Assembly (NCBI GenBank): GCA_040755995.1
Contig: JBFMAF010000055.1
Location: 32,001 to 96,000, forward strand
Reading direction: 5' to 3'
Source of the DNA: Acidobacteriota bacterium
GTDB lineage: Bacteria > Acidobacteriota > CAIWXX01
DNA: 64,000 nt
Numbering within the stretch: position 1 is the stretch's first letter; each line of letters opens with the position of its first letter. Below the pieces are notes generated by a model. That model was not told the DNA's origin. It did no database searches and saw only the letters and a program-made list of their open reading frames with translations. The translations under genes were made by a program, and so were the position numbers. This document shows positions 1-9,967 of the stretch, one piece after another.

Positions 1-1
1 C

Positions 2-1549
2 GTACGAGCGGGCGCGAATTCGACAACCGGCGCGGTGGACGTTGCAATCGATCCTCTGAATCCGAATCGCGTCTATGTGGCGATGTGGGACCACATTCGC
101 TCCCCGGATCTTCGCCGGTACAGCGGAGCAGGCTCCGGCCTCTTCCGGTCAATAGACGGCGGGACGAAGTGGAAGAGACTCGGCGGAGGTCTCCCGCCTT
201 CCACAACGGACCTCGGTCGCATCGGACTCGCCGTGGCGCCATCGAATCCCAGCCGGCTCTATGCGGTCGTTATTCGCTCCGGTGGTGTCCTGGAAGGTTT
301 CTACTCCTCGTCCAACGGTGGGGACTCGTGGACGAAGCTGCCGTCGGACGTCCAGCTCACGCGATCCCAGGCCACGTACGGGTGGTGGTTCGGGCGGGTG
401 TGGGTCGATCCTGCGGATGAGAACCACGTGTTTGTGGGCGGTGTGCCGCTTATGGAATCCTTTGAGGGCGGCAGAGGCTGGCGCGAGGAATATGAACCCC
501 ACGTGGATCATCATGCGATGGTGTGGGATGACAACGTACCCGGCCGCGTGTACCTGGGAACGGACGGCGGTGTCTATCGGTCAGACGTCAATGGGGCCGG
601 CGAGTGGGTCAAGGCGAAATACGAGCCCTACACGCAGTTCTACACTGTGGATGTGGGCGAGCAGGACTCGACGCACCTGGTCGGCGGCACCCAGGACAAC
701 GGGTCGTTGCGGTCATACCCCGGGGCGTGGAACGAGTACTACGGAGGCGACGGCCTTGCCAACCTGATCAGCTACGAGGATCTGAACGCTGTCTACGCGT
801 GCGCTCAGTACGGCTACTGCGCGCGCTCGACCGACGGCGGCGACACGTTTTTCGATTTCACGCGCGCCACAATCTCGGCACGCCGCAACTGGCTCACGCC
901 GCTGGTCTTCGATCCGAACGATCCGTCGGTGATGTATTATGCCGGCGACCGGCTCAATCGATCCACCGACGGCGGGCAGACGTGGCAGGTCATCAGTCCC
1001 GATCTCGCCGGCGGACCGGGTCGCGACAAGCAGTACCCGTTCGGCACCATCACTACGGTCGCCGCGGCCAAGACAAGTGCGAGCACCATACTCGTCGGTA
1101 CGGACGACGGGCGGCTGTGGTTCACGACGAACCTTGGGCAGGGCTGGACTCATGCTCAAGATCCGGATCTGCCTTCGTACTGGATCACGAGAGTCGCGGT
1201 CGATCCCGCAAATGCCAAGGTGGCCTACGCCACCTATTCAGGATATCGCGCCGGTGTCGACGAGCCGTATGTCGTGCGGACCTCTGACGGCGGCGCAACG
1301 TGGGCGAACATAACGGGCAATCTGCCACCGGCGCCCGTGAACGACATCGTCGTCCATAGTAAGATGCTCTACGTCGGTACCGATGTGGGCGTCTACCTGA
1401 CACGCGACAGTGGGCGCACGTGGCTGAGCCTCGGCCTCGGGCTCCCCCGAACGCCTGTGACAGACATCCGGCTGCATGCGTCGACCAGGACTCTGTTCGC
1501 CGCAACCTACGGCCGGGGCATTTACAGGATCAAGTTGCAGGCCCGATGA
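2..1549 (+). CDS. VPS10/sortilin-like BNR (Asp-box) beta-propeller protein, glycosyl-hydrolase-like; 5' end outside window
   Basis: Repeated SxDGGxTW Asp-box motifs (SIDGGTKW, STDGGQTW, TSDGGATW); C-terminal ATYGRGIY; frame is open from the window start. Confidence 0.8.
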   Translation, partial: VRAGANSTTGAVDVAIDPLNPNRVYVAMWDHIRSPDLRRYSGAGSGLFRSIDGGTKWKRLGGGLPPSTTDLGRIGLAVAPSNPSRLYAVVIRSGGVLEGFYSSSNGGDSWTKLPSDVQLTRSQATYGWWFGRVWVDPADENHVFVGGVPLMESFEGGRGWREEYEPHVDHHAMVWDDNVPGRVYLGTDGGVYRSDVNGAGEWVKAKYEPYTQFYTVDVGEQDSTHLVGGTQDNGSLRSYPGAWNEYYGGDGLANLISYEDLNAVYACAQYGYCARSTDGGDTFFDFTRATISARRNWLTPLVFDPNDPSVMYYAGDRLNRSTDGGQTWQVISPDLAGGPGRDKQYPFGTITTVAAAKTSASTILVGTDDGRLWFTTNLGQGWTHAQDPDLPSYWITRVAVDPANAKVAYATYSGYRAGVDEPYVVRTSDGGATWANITGNLPPAPVNDIVVHSKMLYVGTDVGVYLTRDSGRTWLSLGLGLPRTPVTDIRLHASTRTLFAATYGRGIYRIKLQAR

Positions 1550-2229
1550 CTCTGATGCTTCGCGGCGCGCGAAGAACTCTGTTGGTGGGATGGTCCCTAC
1601 TGTTCGTAGGAGCGGCCTAGGTGCGATCATTCCCGCAGACCAGCAGCGCCCAGACTCAGCCGGAAGAGGTCAGCGTGTCGATCGCAACGATCGCCGTGAC
1701 TGCCGCGGATGCGAAGGGGCGGCCAGTGAGGGACCTGAAACCGGAGGAATTCCAGGTCGAGGATAATGGTGAGGCACAGCGGATCGTGGCTGCCAGCGCA
1801 GTCCAAAGCAGCGCACAGGAGGCGGCCAAACGACCGTCAGGCGGCGCGTTGGAGGCCACGACATTGCCCCGCCATTTTGTGCTCATCTTCGACCTCACGT
1901 TCAACTACGCGAGCGGACTTCGACTGGCGAAGAGCGCAGCGAGTCATTTCATTGCGAAAAGCATTTCGCCCGGGGACGATGTAGCGATCTTGACGCTCGA
2001 CGTAGTCCGCGGCATTCGTGAGATCTGCGGATCGACCAGGGATCGCGCGGTGCTGCTGGAGAGGGTGAGATCGATCGAAGAGTCGCGGCAGGATGAACCC
2101 GAGCCGCTTCCTACAGCGGCCGGTCCAGGGTCGGCCGAGAATGTGGCGCGACACAGAGCTCTCATTCAGCGATACATCGACAGCACAAGCCAGAATTGCG
2201 GCTTTGAACAAGTCGACGCCCCGGTCTGA
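1546..2229 (+). pseudogene. VWA-domain (VWFA-related, Acidobacterial type) protein with in-frame TAG and probable C-terminal truncation
   Basis: ATG at 1546 overlaps the upstream TGA; signal-like MTLMLRGARRTLLVGWSLLFVGAA, then TAG at 1618-1620, then in-frame DAKGRPVRDLKPEEFQVEDNG and FVLIFD. Confidence 0.6.
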
Positions 2230-3495
2230 CTACTCCAGGCCTGCCGACTGTAACCCGGCGGGCGGCCTAGGCACTGAGGGGGTTGCCGTTATCGTGCCGG
2301 TCTGTCTGGGCGAACTGTCACCTTGGAACCAGAGAGACACCTCATAATCCGCCATCCCGTCGTCGCGGCCGGCGATCCGGATCTCGGCCCAGGTCATATC
2401 CTTGCCGTCGATCCAGGTGCCGGTGTTCACGTAGATAGTCTCCGTCTGGCCCGAATGGTACTGGAACGCGGCCTCGTGAGTGTGGCCGAAGAGGATGATC
2501 CTGGGAGTGAAAGGGTACTGGCCCTTCAGGCTGTTGGGCATCTCGAAGATAAGGTCGGCCGCGCTGCTAAGACTGCCCAGATCGTCCCAGACCGCGTCCA
2601 CCTGCGAGACCGTGTCCTGGCGGGACGGCCACCCGCTGTAGATGCCGTCGTACACAACGGCGATCTCCTCGACGAACGGATCGTAGCCGTACCCGTCCGT
2701 GCCGTCCATCGCAAACGCGTCCCAGGGCCAGAGACCGCTCCACAGCGCGATGGCGTTGAACACGGCGACAATCACCGCGTCGTCGAAGGCCGCGCCTCTC
2801 TCGCCGGCGGGCGCTTTCATGAAACGGTCAAGCAGGTCGGGTGTCGCGGTCACCTGGCCGGTCGCCGCAGCCTTTGAAGCAGCCATCCTGGAAATGAAGT
2901 ACCCCATGGGCAGGTGCCCGTGGACGCGGCTCCACGTGTCAGGAGCGTTGAACAGGCAATAGGCATGGCCATGCTCGGCCCAGATGACGTTGTCTCTCGC
3001 GTAGGCGCCCAGGCCGGGCGACTGCGAGATGATGTTCATCCCTGGAAAGGTGCCGGCCAGGGCCGACACGTTTTCCGCCTGGAATGAAAGCATGTCGTGG
3101 TTGCCGGTCACGTAGGTGACGGCGATGTTCGGATTCTCGCAGATCGTCTTGAGGGCGGCAACGACGCCGGAGTTGGTCCTGGCCGCGAGGACATCGGCGA
3201 AGGACTGCGGGGAACCCTTCGCGGGCGACACCCAGTCATCAACCAGATCTCCCAGGATGACCAGCTCCATCACGTCCTCCCTGGCATTCAAGTCGTTGAG
3301 GAATTGTGCCAGGTCGGCGGCGTGTTCCCTCAGCCATGAGTAGTTCGCGTCCACGTTCATGTGCAGATCGCTGATGAACACAATAGTGTCCCGGTCGGTC
3401 GCGCCGGAAATCCGGGCGATCGACAGCGCGAACAGCGCAATAGAGATCGCGAGTCGCCGCAACAGCATCGTCATCCTCCCTATCGTGAGAGCCAT
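2230..3495 (-). CDS. Secreted calcineurin-like metallophosphoesterase
   Basis: ISDLH, GDLVD, GNHD, EHGH and GHTH motifs; N-terminal signal peptide. Confidence 0.85.
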   Translation of the reverse strand: MALTIGRMTMLLRRLAISIALFALSIARISGATDRDTIVFISDLHMNVDANYSWLREHAADLAQFLNDLNAREDVMELVILGDLVDDWVSPAKGSPQSFADVLAARTNSGVVAALKTICENPNIAVTYVTGNHDMLSFQAENVSALAGTFPGMNIISQSPGLGAYARDNVIWAEHGHAYCLFNAPDTWSRVHGHLPMGYFISRMAASKAAATGQVTATPDLLDRFMKAPAGERGAAFDDAVIVAVFNAIALWSGLWPWDAFAMDGTDGYGYDPFVEEIAVVYDGIYSGWPSRQDTVSQVDAVWDDLGSLSSAADLIFEMPNSLKGQYPFTPRIILFGHTHEAAFQYHSGQTETIYVNTGTWIDGKDMTWAEIRIAGRDDGMADYEVSLWFQGDSSPRQTGTITATPSVPRPPAGLQSAGLE

Positions 3496-3549
3496 GAGTC
3501 CATGGGCAGCGCGGCAGCAGGCGGTCCTTCGATGATCCCACGCCCCGGT

Positions 3550-3760
3550 CTACGCCTTCGAGTTGAAGGGACGCGGGTAGGGCAACAGAGCGAGCCCCGC
3601 CATGCACCGGTAGTCACGCTGATTCTTGGTGATGAAACGCGAGCGAGTGGAGATGGCAGTCGCAGCAATGAGTGCGTCGGCGATCAACAGGCCGAGCGTC
3701 CGTCTGAGCCCGGGCTGCATCGACCAGCACGTCTGTGTCGACGAGGATGATCTCAGCCAC
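3550..3760 (-). pseudogene. PIN/VapC toxin remnant with internal deletion and frameshift
   Basis: N-terminal VAEIILVDTDVLVD from GTG 3760 joined out of frame to C-terminal GLLIADALIAATA...TKNQRDY. Confidence 0.7.
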
Positions 3761-4001
3761 GGCTCTGCGCCCATTCGCGCTGTCTCAGCGCCCGCAGCCA
3801 ACGCGCACTCGCCCTCAGGTCTCGACGAGATCTCCACATCCCGACGAACGGTTCATCCCTCAGAGCACGACGCTTGATACTTTCGGCGGGCGCCGTTGGT
3901 AAGGCGTACCTTGCTCGGAGAAACGCAATGAAGTCGATGCCCTCCTGCTGCGCTTCGGCTGGCAAAGCGGACATCTCCCGCTGCGACCTCTTCCAGTCCA
4001 T
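3753..4001 (-). CDS. DUF2281-like antitoxin
   Basis: LPAEAQQEGIDFIAFLRARY and EPFVGMW motifs; GAGGAGG RBS; overlaps the PIN start. Confidence 0.7.
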   Translation of the reverse strand: MDWKRSQREMSALPAEAQQEGIDFIAFLRARYALPTAPAESIKRRALRDEPFVGMWRSRRDLRASARWLRALRQREWAQSRG

Positions 4002-4203
4002 GCGCCTCCTCACACACACCATTAAAGGGCGAAGCAGACAACCTTGTCAATAGCCGAATAGCCGCAGTAGCCGCAGCCGAACGCGCCTATGCATCCAAGG
4101 GGCGCGGTCGGGCCGATGCATTCGGCCTGTGGCGGAGGTCCATGCAGTCGTGGATACATGAGGCGCTCTTGTCATGAAAAAACGACCTGTCAGGACGGAA
4201 ATG

Positions 4204-4227
4204 AAAAACGCCCGGCGACCCCGGACG
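4204..4227 (-). terminator. Rho-independent terminator downstream of the acyl-CoA operon
   Basis: Minus strand CGTCCGG-ggtcg-CCGGGCG followed by TTTTT. Confidence 0.55.
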
Positions 4228-4347
4228 AGCGGCTCTCGGACTCGTGCGCCAACGGCTTGAATCCGTTCCCGATCGGGCACGCGTGCCGGACTTCGGCCAG
4301 AGTACGGCCGGGAGGTGCATGCTTGGTCGGACTGAGGCGGCGCCTCG

Positions 4348-6435
4348 CTACACCTCCATCGTCTTCGAGTAGGTGCCGCCGATTGTTCCGCCGCGGCAAT
4401 GTGACGAGGTCATGAAGTCGCCCGAGTGTTTCGACTGCACAGCCAGCGCATCGGCCAACGCTACCGCGCAGGAGCCCTGGATGTTGTCCAGGATAGCCCT
4501 GCGGGCGGCCTCTGCGGTGGGGCTCGACGGAGCCGGCAGTCCGGACACTTCGATCGGCACCTTCTCCAGCCTCCCCTCTTCGACCGGCCTCTTGCGTATC
4601 GACGCCTCGCCGCGCGCGATGGACCACGCCGTCTTGATGGCGTCATCCAGCGAACCGGCGTAGTCGACCAGCCATCCCACTGCGTCGCGGCCCTTGACAG
4701 GCCTGCCGCCGAGCAACAGGCCCAGTATCTTCTGCCAGTGCTCCGGTTGCGCCTTGCGCAGCAGCCAGTGGCAGCCCTCCATGCCGGGCACCACCGGCAA
4801 CGTGACCTCGGGCATGCCAAGATCGGCGTTGTCGACTGCGACGACGTAGTGGCAGTGAGTGAGCAGCTCGAGAAAACCGCCGAGGCATCGTTTCCCGTTC
4901 ACGAAGCCGACCGAAGTTGAGAACTCGTTGTGGAGCCGCCGCGCCGTCGTCGACCAGCTCCTCGCGATCTCGACACCCTTTGCGGCGTCGGCGAGCGCCG
5001 GGAAGAAGTCGGCGATGTCTGCTCCGACCATCTGTGTCGAGAGGTGGAAGTCGCCGGTCAGGATCACACGGTCGATGCGTTCCGACCTAAGCCAATCGAT
5101 GGCGCGATTGAGCTCGAGATCGACGTCCCGGCTGTAGCTCTCGCGGCTGATGGAGATGACGCCGACGTTGCCGTCGTGCTCGGCGTTGACGTAAAGCTGC
5201 TGCCATTCAGGCGATCCCACCTGGCGCAGCGCTTCGGCGTGCCATGCTTGCTTCGCCGCGTCGGGGTGCAGGCGGTGGTAGTTTTCCACGAGCTTGATCG
5301 CCGCCTCTGAGCCGCAGCCGCGAACCTGGGCGAGGACCCCCGGACGAAACTGCGCGCACAGCTCACCGATGGCATTGATGTGCGTCAGGTGCGAACGCCT
5401 CTCTTGAACCATCAGGCTTGTCATCTGGAACAGGGCGCCGGCGACCCATGCCCGCAGCTCCTCGATCTCCTCGCCGTCGACGGTCCAGTTCACCAGCGGC
5501 CGGAAGTGGTTCATCGGGTACCAGTCCTGACCGCTGTCCTTGCGTTCGACCAGCGATGAGGCCGGCTTGAACAGGTCGCCGTAGTGTTGGGCCAGATGAT
5601 GCAGGCACGACCATGTGAGGAAGTTCGCGCCCTTGGCTCCGATCGCATCATGCGCCCGGAATGGATTCGGCCCGATGAGCTTCCGCACGTACTTATCGAT
5701 CTTCCAGAACGGCATGTTGGTGGCCTCATGGTACCGGATCGCCGCCAGGGTCAGCCCGCAGAAAAGCACATCCAGCACGAAGGACCAGTGGTCGCTCACG
5801 GGTAGCGGCAGCAATCCCAGCGCCCAGTAGAGCTGCGTGATCGCCGAAGGCTCGGGCTCAACCACCTCCCACACCTTGTTCACCTCGTGTGGGAACGCCG
5901 GGTGAGTGATGCCCACGCCGAGCTGATGCCGCGGGAACCCTGATGTGACCGAACGTATCTCGATCGCCGGATACGCGGTCCTGAATACTTCGTAGTGGGA
6001 TTTCTTGATCTCGAGAATCTCAGGGATCGCTTCGAGCAGAAAGCGCGGCCGGTAGGCGGCGAGCTGCTTCGGCAGATGAGCGCCGTCATATGCCAGCCGC
6101 GCGACATTCGCCATGACATCTGCCGCCTGCCTTTCGCCAAAAGCTCTGACGAGTCCCGGATACTGCTTGCCGATCCCGTCCGGCGCCCCGGGGAAATCCA
6201 GGGCGACAACGGTGACGCCGTATGGCTCGAGCCTCGACCCGAGCTGCATGGTCTTGCCGGCGCCGACGATTCCGTTGGCGCCGGAGATAACGAGAGCGCC
6301 GCGATTGCCGGCGCTCCCGAACACGCGATCCACAAGCTCGGACGTGGCGGCAGGCAACGCGCCCCGCTCGAAGATGCCCAGTACCGATCCGAGCCCGAGG
6401 GTCTCCAGTGTGCTCTGTCTCATCGCTCGCATCAT
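4348..6435 (-). CDS. 3-hydroxyacyl-CoA dehydrogenase (N-terminal) / enoyl-CoA hydratase (C-terminal) fusion
   Basis: Rossmann motif LVISGANGIVGAG, EAIPEILEIK, His..Glu pair in HPAFPHEVNKVWE; crotonase motifs GGFLEL and GMPEVTLPVVPG. Confidence 0.8.
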   Translation of the reverse strand: MMRAMRQSTLETLGLGSVLGIFERGALPAATSELVDRVFGSAGNRGALVISGANGIVGAGKTMQLGSRLEPYGVTVVALDFPGAPDGIGKQYPGLVRAFGERQAADVMANVARLAYDGAHLPKQLAAYRPRFLLEAIPEILEIKKSHYEVFRTAYPAIEIRSVTSGFPRHQLGVGITHPAFPHEVNKVWEVVEPEPSAITQLYWALGLLPLPVSDHWSFVLDVLFCGLTLAAIRYHEATNMPFWKIDKYVRKLIGPNPFRAHDAIGAKGANFLTWSCLHHLAQHYGDLFKPASSLVERKDSGQDWYPMNHFRPLVNWTVDGEEIEELRAWVAGALFQMTSLMVQERRSHLTHINAIGELCAQFRPGVLAQVRGCGSEAAIKLVENYHRLHPDAAKQAWHAEALRQVGSPEWQQLYVNAEHDGNVGVISISRESYSRDVDLELNRAIDWLRSERIDRVILTGDFHLSTQMVGADIADFFPALADAAKGVEIARSWSTTARRLHNEFSTSVGFVNGKRCLGGFLELLTHCHYVVAVDNADLGMPEVTLPVVPGMEGCHWLLRKAQPEHWQKILGLLLGGRPVKGRDAVGWLVDYAGSLDDAIKTAWSIARGEASIRKRPVEEGRLEKVPIEVSGLPAPSSPTAEAARRAILDNIQGSCAVALADALAVQSKHSGDFMTSSHCRGGTIGGTYSKTMEV

Positions 6436-6443
6436 GCGCCTCC

Positions 6444-7640
6444 CTATGCAACCCTGAAGATGCCGGCGATACCCACGTCACCCGCCGCGCAGCCGAAGAT
6501 GAGCGCGTACCCGCCGCCGAGCGCGACGGCTTCCTCCAGCGCCTCCACGATGATCCGCGTCAGGGTCGGGGCTTGTGGATGCCCCCACACCAGCGAGCAG
6601 CCCGTCCTGTTCATGTTGCGCCAGTCGTAGTTGAGCGTCTTTGCGAAGATGGCGTCGTTAACGGCGAACGGGTTGTGATTCTTCACTACAGCCATGTCAT
6701 CCATCGTCAGCCCCGTTCGCTGCAACAGCTTCTGAACGGCCCTGCCAGGGGCCTCGGGCATCAGCCCGGCTGTGGTTCTCACCTCGGCCTTCGCGATGAA
6801 CTGTATGTCGACCTCGGGCTTCGAGCTGAGCTGGCGGGCCTTCTCCTTCGTGGTCACCAGCAGGGCGGCCATTCCGTCCGATGCGTGAGTCTGGCTCCCG
6901 CTCGTCACGCACGTATCGAGCTCGCGCATGCCCCGCAGCGCCTCCAGCGAGACCTGCCGCACGCCCAGATCGTCATCGACGCAACCGGCCACCTTGCCTT
7001 GCAGATTGAGTATTTCGAACGGAAACAGAACGCGATCGAGGAACCGCGATGACCTCGCCTCGAAGTATTGCTGGTAGCGAAGGAACGTGATCTCGTCGAC
7101 CTCCCGGCGATCGATCTTGTGCTTGCGGGCGGCTGCGCCCGCGGTCGCGATCATCGCACCGCCGGTCGCAGGATCGAACCCGAAGTTGTCCCAGACGTCC
7201 GCGAGCGGGACGGTTCGCTGGTAGGCGCGCCGCTCTGGAAAGACGCCGACTGGCGAATCGCTGGTCCGGTCGAACGTCAGCACGCCTACCACGTCGTACG
7301 CGCCGCCTTGCACCTCTGCGGCGGCCAGGACGGTGGCCTGGAGCCCCGTGGCACACGCCTGCTCTACGTGGTACCCCGGCAGGCGCTGCCCCAGGCAGCT
7401 CGCGACCAGCGGCGCGGTCCAGAACTTCCAGTGCCAGGGGATCGTAGAGCCGATGACGAGGTACTCGAGCTGGTTCTTGGGCACCTTCCGCTTGCCGAGA
7501 ATCCGATTCATCGCCTCTCCCGCGAACTGCCCGATGTTCACCTCGGCCAGCGCGGACATCTGCCACGCGGGGAAGTAGCTGCTTCCCCAGGTGCCGTACG
7601 GAATCCGTGCCCTCGGGAATACCGATTCACAGGCCGTCAT
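6444..7640 (-). CDS. Thiolase family protein
   Basis: QACATG nucleophile, SDGMAALLV, WGHP, GCAAGD; AAGGAGG RBS. Confidence 0.9.
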   Translation of the reverse strand: MTACESVFPRARIPYGTWGSSYFPAWQMSALAEVNIGQFAGEAMNRILGKRKVPKNQLEYLVIGSTIPWHWKFWTAPLVASCLGQRLPGYHVEQACATGLQATVLAAAEVQGGAYDVVGVLTFDRTSDSPVGVFPERRAYQRTVPLADVWDNFGFDPATGGAMIATAGAAARKHKIDRREVDEITFLRYQQYFEARSSRFLDRVLFPFEILNLQGKVAGCVDDDLGVRQVSLEALRGMRELDTCVTSGSQTHASDGMAALLVTTKEKARQLSSKPEVDIQFIAKAEVRTTAGLMPEAPGRAVQKLLQRTGLTMDDMAVVKNHNPFAVNDAIFAKTLNYDWRNMNRTGCSLVWGHPQAPTLTRIIVEALEEAVALGGGYALIFGCAAGDVGIAGIFRVA

Positions 7641-7668
7641 TCGCGCCTCCTTGTCTGGTCCCTAGATA

Positions 7669-7698
7669 CGGTTGTCAGTTGACAGCTGTCAGTTGTCA
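7669..7698. repeat. Heptamer tandem repeat (CAGTTGN x4)
   Basis: cggttgt cagttga cagctgt cagttgt. Confidence 0.7.
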
Positions 7699-7987
7699 AG
7701 ACCCTGGTCATGGCACTCAGCCATACGATTCGTACTGTACCGATTCTCTCTTGGCGCGTCAATTCGGAGCTGAGACTCCGCTGGTCCCGCGCCTGGAGGC
7801 GAAACCACCGGCTCGGGCCGCAGCCTATGACGGCACAACGAGGCCTGGCCAGCGACGGATGCAAGGCCGGCCGCCGGACTGCGGCACGTGGTGGTATACT
7901 TTCAATAGCGTGCGATAATCTATATAGAGAAAGGAGGGCATTGCGCAGTGACGGGCCGGCCGATCTCGGATTCAGGCCGAGCTCCTG

Positions 7988-9763
7988 GTGACAAGACAGA
8001 TGGACGTTGCGGAGCGATCCTCTACTGATTTCCAGGTCCGGGCCCTCCCCGGCGTCGTCGAGATGATCCTGGACGAAGCCGGGATCATTGTGTTCTGCGA
8101 CGCGGACTCCACTGCCGTCTTTGGTGTGCCCCCTGAGGACCTCCTAGGCAAGAGCGTGGGCATACTCCTTGCGGGCGACAGGCGCGCCGCACTGCTGGAC
8201 GCGATCCGTGCGTGCCGCGAATCGTCCGGCAAGATCGTCATCCGCGCCCTCGGTGTCAAGACGAGACCGAACGGCGAGCAAGTCCTGCGCCCCGTCGAGC
8301 TCTTTGTCTGGACCCCCGGGGACGGCCGGATGCTGCGGATGCTGGCTCGAGAGCGAGTGAATCGTCACGAGCAGCTTTTCGAGAGTGTGCCGTGCGGGAT
8401 GTACATCAGCACCAGGGCAGGGCAGCTCTTGTCGGTGAACCGGGCCCTCGCCGAAATGCTTGGGTATACGCAAGAGGAATTGATAGAGGCCGATTTCGCT
8501 GACATCCTGTCGGCCGGAGATCCTTCCGAGAGACGCCGCATCGTCGAGGAGCTGGAGAGAGACGGCGTGCTGTCGAACCGCGAGGAGGTTCTGAGGCATC
8601 GTGACGGCAGCAAGGTGTACGTGATCGAGAACGCGAGGAGGGTCATGGACAGCACGGGTGAGGTGCTCTACGAAGGCTCATTCGTTCACATCACTGAGCT
8701 CAAGCACCTCATCGAGAAGATCGAGAAATACGCGGACATGTTCGAGAACGTGCCGTGCGGCATGTATCAGACGACGCCGAGCGGCGAGCTGATTGCGGTC
8801 AACAAGGCACTGGTCGAGATGTTCGGGTATTCGAGCAAAGAGGAGCTCGCGGCGGTGGAGGCAGGCTCGCTTTACGTGGATCCTGCCCAGAGGGCGCAAT
8901 CGATCGCGGAGCTCGAGAGAAACGGGGTTCTCGTAAACAAGGAGCTCAACCTGAAGCGTACCTCCGGCCAGCCGCTCGTGGTGACGGAGTACGCCCGGGT
9001 GGTCAGAGACAAGGAAGGGAAACCGCTGTATTACGAGGGATCCCTGGTGGACATCACGCCTCTGAGAGAGGCGATCTCGAATCTCAAGGCCTACAATTCC
9101 GTGGTCGCTCACGACCTCCGGACGCCCCTCAGCGTCATCTCCGGCTACGTCGAGCTGCTGATCGATCATTTCGAAGCCAATGAAGCCATCGGGCCGGAAG
9201 GCCGCACGTGGCTCCAGCACATCTACTCCTCCGCCAAGGTCATGCAGGAAGGTATCGACGCGCTGCTCGAGCTGGCGAGGCTGCGCGAGGAGAGGGTCGA
9301 AGTCGGTCCGCTGGACATGGGGACTATCGTGAAAGAGGTGCTGGACCTGCTGGAACCCAAGAAGATGCAAGCGGGTGCAGTAGTGGATCTCCCGGACAGC
9401 TGGCCGGATGGGATCTGGGGGAACAGGGCCTGGGCCTCCATCGTCTGGAGGAACTACATCGTCAACGCGATCAAGTACGGTGGAGCGGCTCCGCGCGTGA
9501 AGATCGGCTTTGACGACCTGGGAGGCGCCATCCGCTTCTGGGTACAAGACGACGGTGAAGGGCTCTCACAGAAGGACATGGAGAAACTGTTCGGCCTCTT
9601 CAAGCGATTCGGCCCCGGGCGAGTCGAAGGTTTCGGCGTCGGGCTCTACACCGTGAAGTCCATCATCGAGAAACAAGGGGGGAGCGTCGGCGTCGAGAGC
9701 GCGCCGGGCGCCGGCAGCCGATTCAGCTTCACGCTGCCGAAGCAGCCGCCGTCCGAAGGCTAG
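7988..9763 (+). CDS. Cytoplasmic PAS-domain sensor histidine kinase
   Basis: PAS repeats (FESVPCGMY, FENVPCGMY), H-box AHDLRTPL, NAIKY, DDGEG, GVGL, GSRFSF. Confidence 0.92.
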   Translation: MTRQMDVAERSSTDFQVRALPGVVEMILDEAGIIVFCDADSTAVFGVPPEDLLGKSVGILLAGDRRAALLDAIRACRESSGKIVIRALGVKTRPNGEQVLRPVELFVWTPGDGRMLRMLARERVNRHEQLFESVPCGMYISTRAGQLLSVNRALAEMLGYTQEELIEADFADILSAGDPSERRRIVEELERDGVLSNREEVLRHRDGSKVYVIENARRVMDSTGEVLYEGSFVHITELKHLIEKIEKYADMFENVPCGMYQTTPSGELIAVNKALVEMFGYSSKEELAAVEAGSLYVDPAQRAQSIAELERNGVLVNKELNLKRTSGQPLVVTEYARVVRDKEGKPLYYEGSLVDITPLREAISNLKAYNSVVAHDLRTPLSVISGYVELLIDHFEANEAIGPEGRTWLQHIYSSAKVMQEGIDALLELARLREERVEVGPLDMGTIVKEVLDLLEPKKMQAGAVVDLPDSWPDGIWGNRAWASIVWRNYIVNAIKYGGAAPRVKIGFDDLGGAIRFWVQDDGEGLSQKDMEKLFGLFKRFGPGRVEGFGVGLYTVKSIIEKQGGSVGVESAPGAGSRFSFTLPKQPPSEG

Positions 9764-9967
9764 GCGGGTACGGGCGGCTCACGGGCACTGAAGCCGCGGC
9801 TCCTGCATCGCATCGAACCGGTATCGCCGTCGTCGGCTCCACTCAGCGCGGGCTGCACATCCTGATACACGTCTGTGGCCCCGGGAAGGAGTCGCTCATG
9901 TTGCTGAAAAGATTGAGCCGAAATTCACTTGTTGCCATCCCGTCGAATTTCCGGTAAATTTGACATC

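Noticed and set aside
1618..1620. Amber recoding (pyrrolysine or stop reassignment)
   Set aside because: TAG ends many intact genes here (e.g. 9763, 25839, 28585, 44208) and no pyl genes or suppressor tRNA are present
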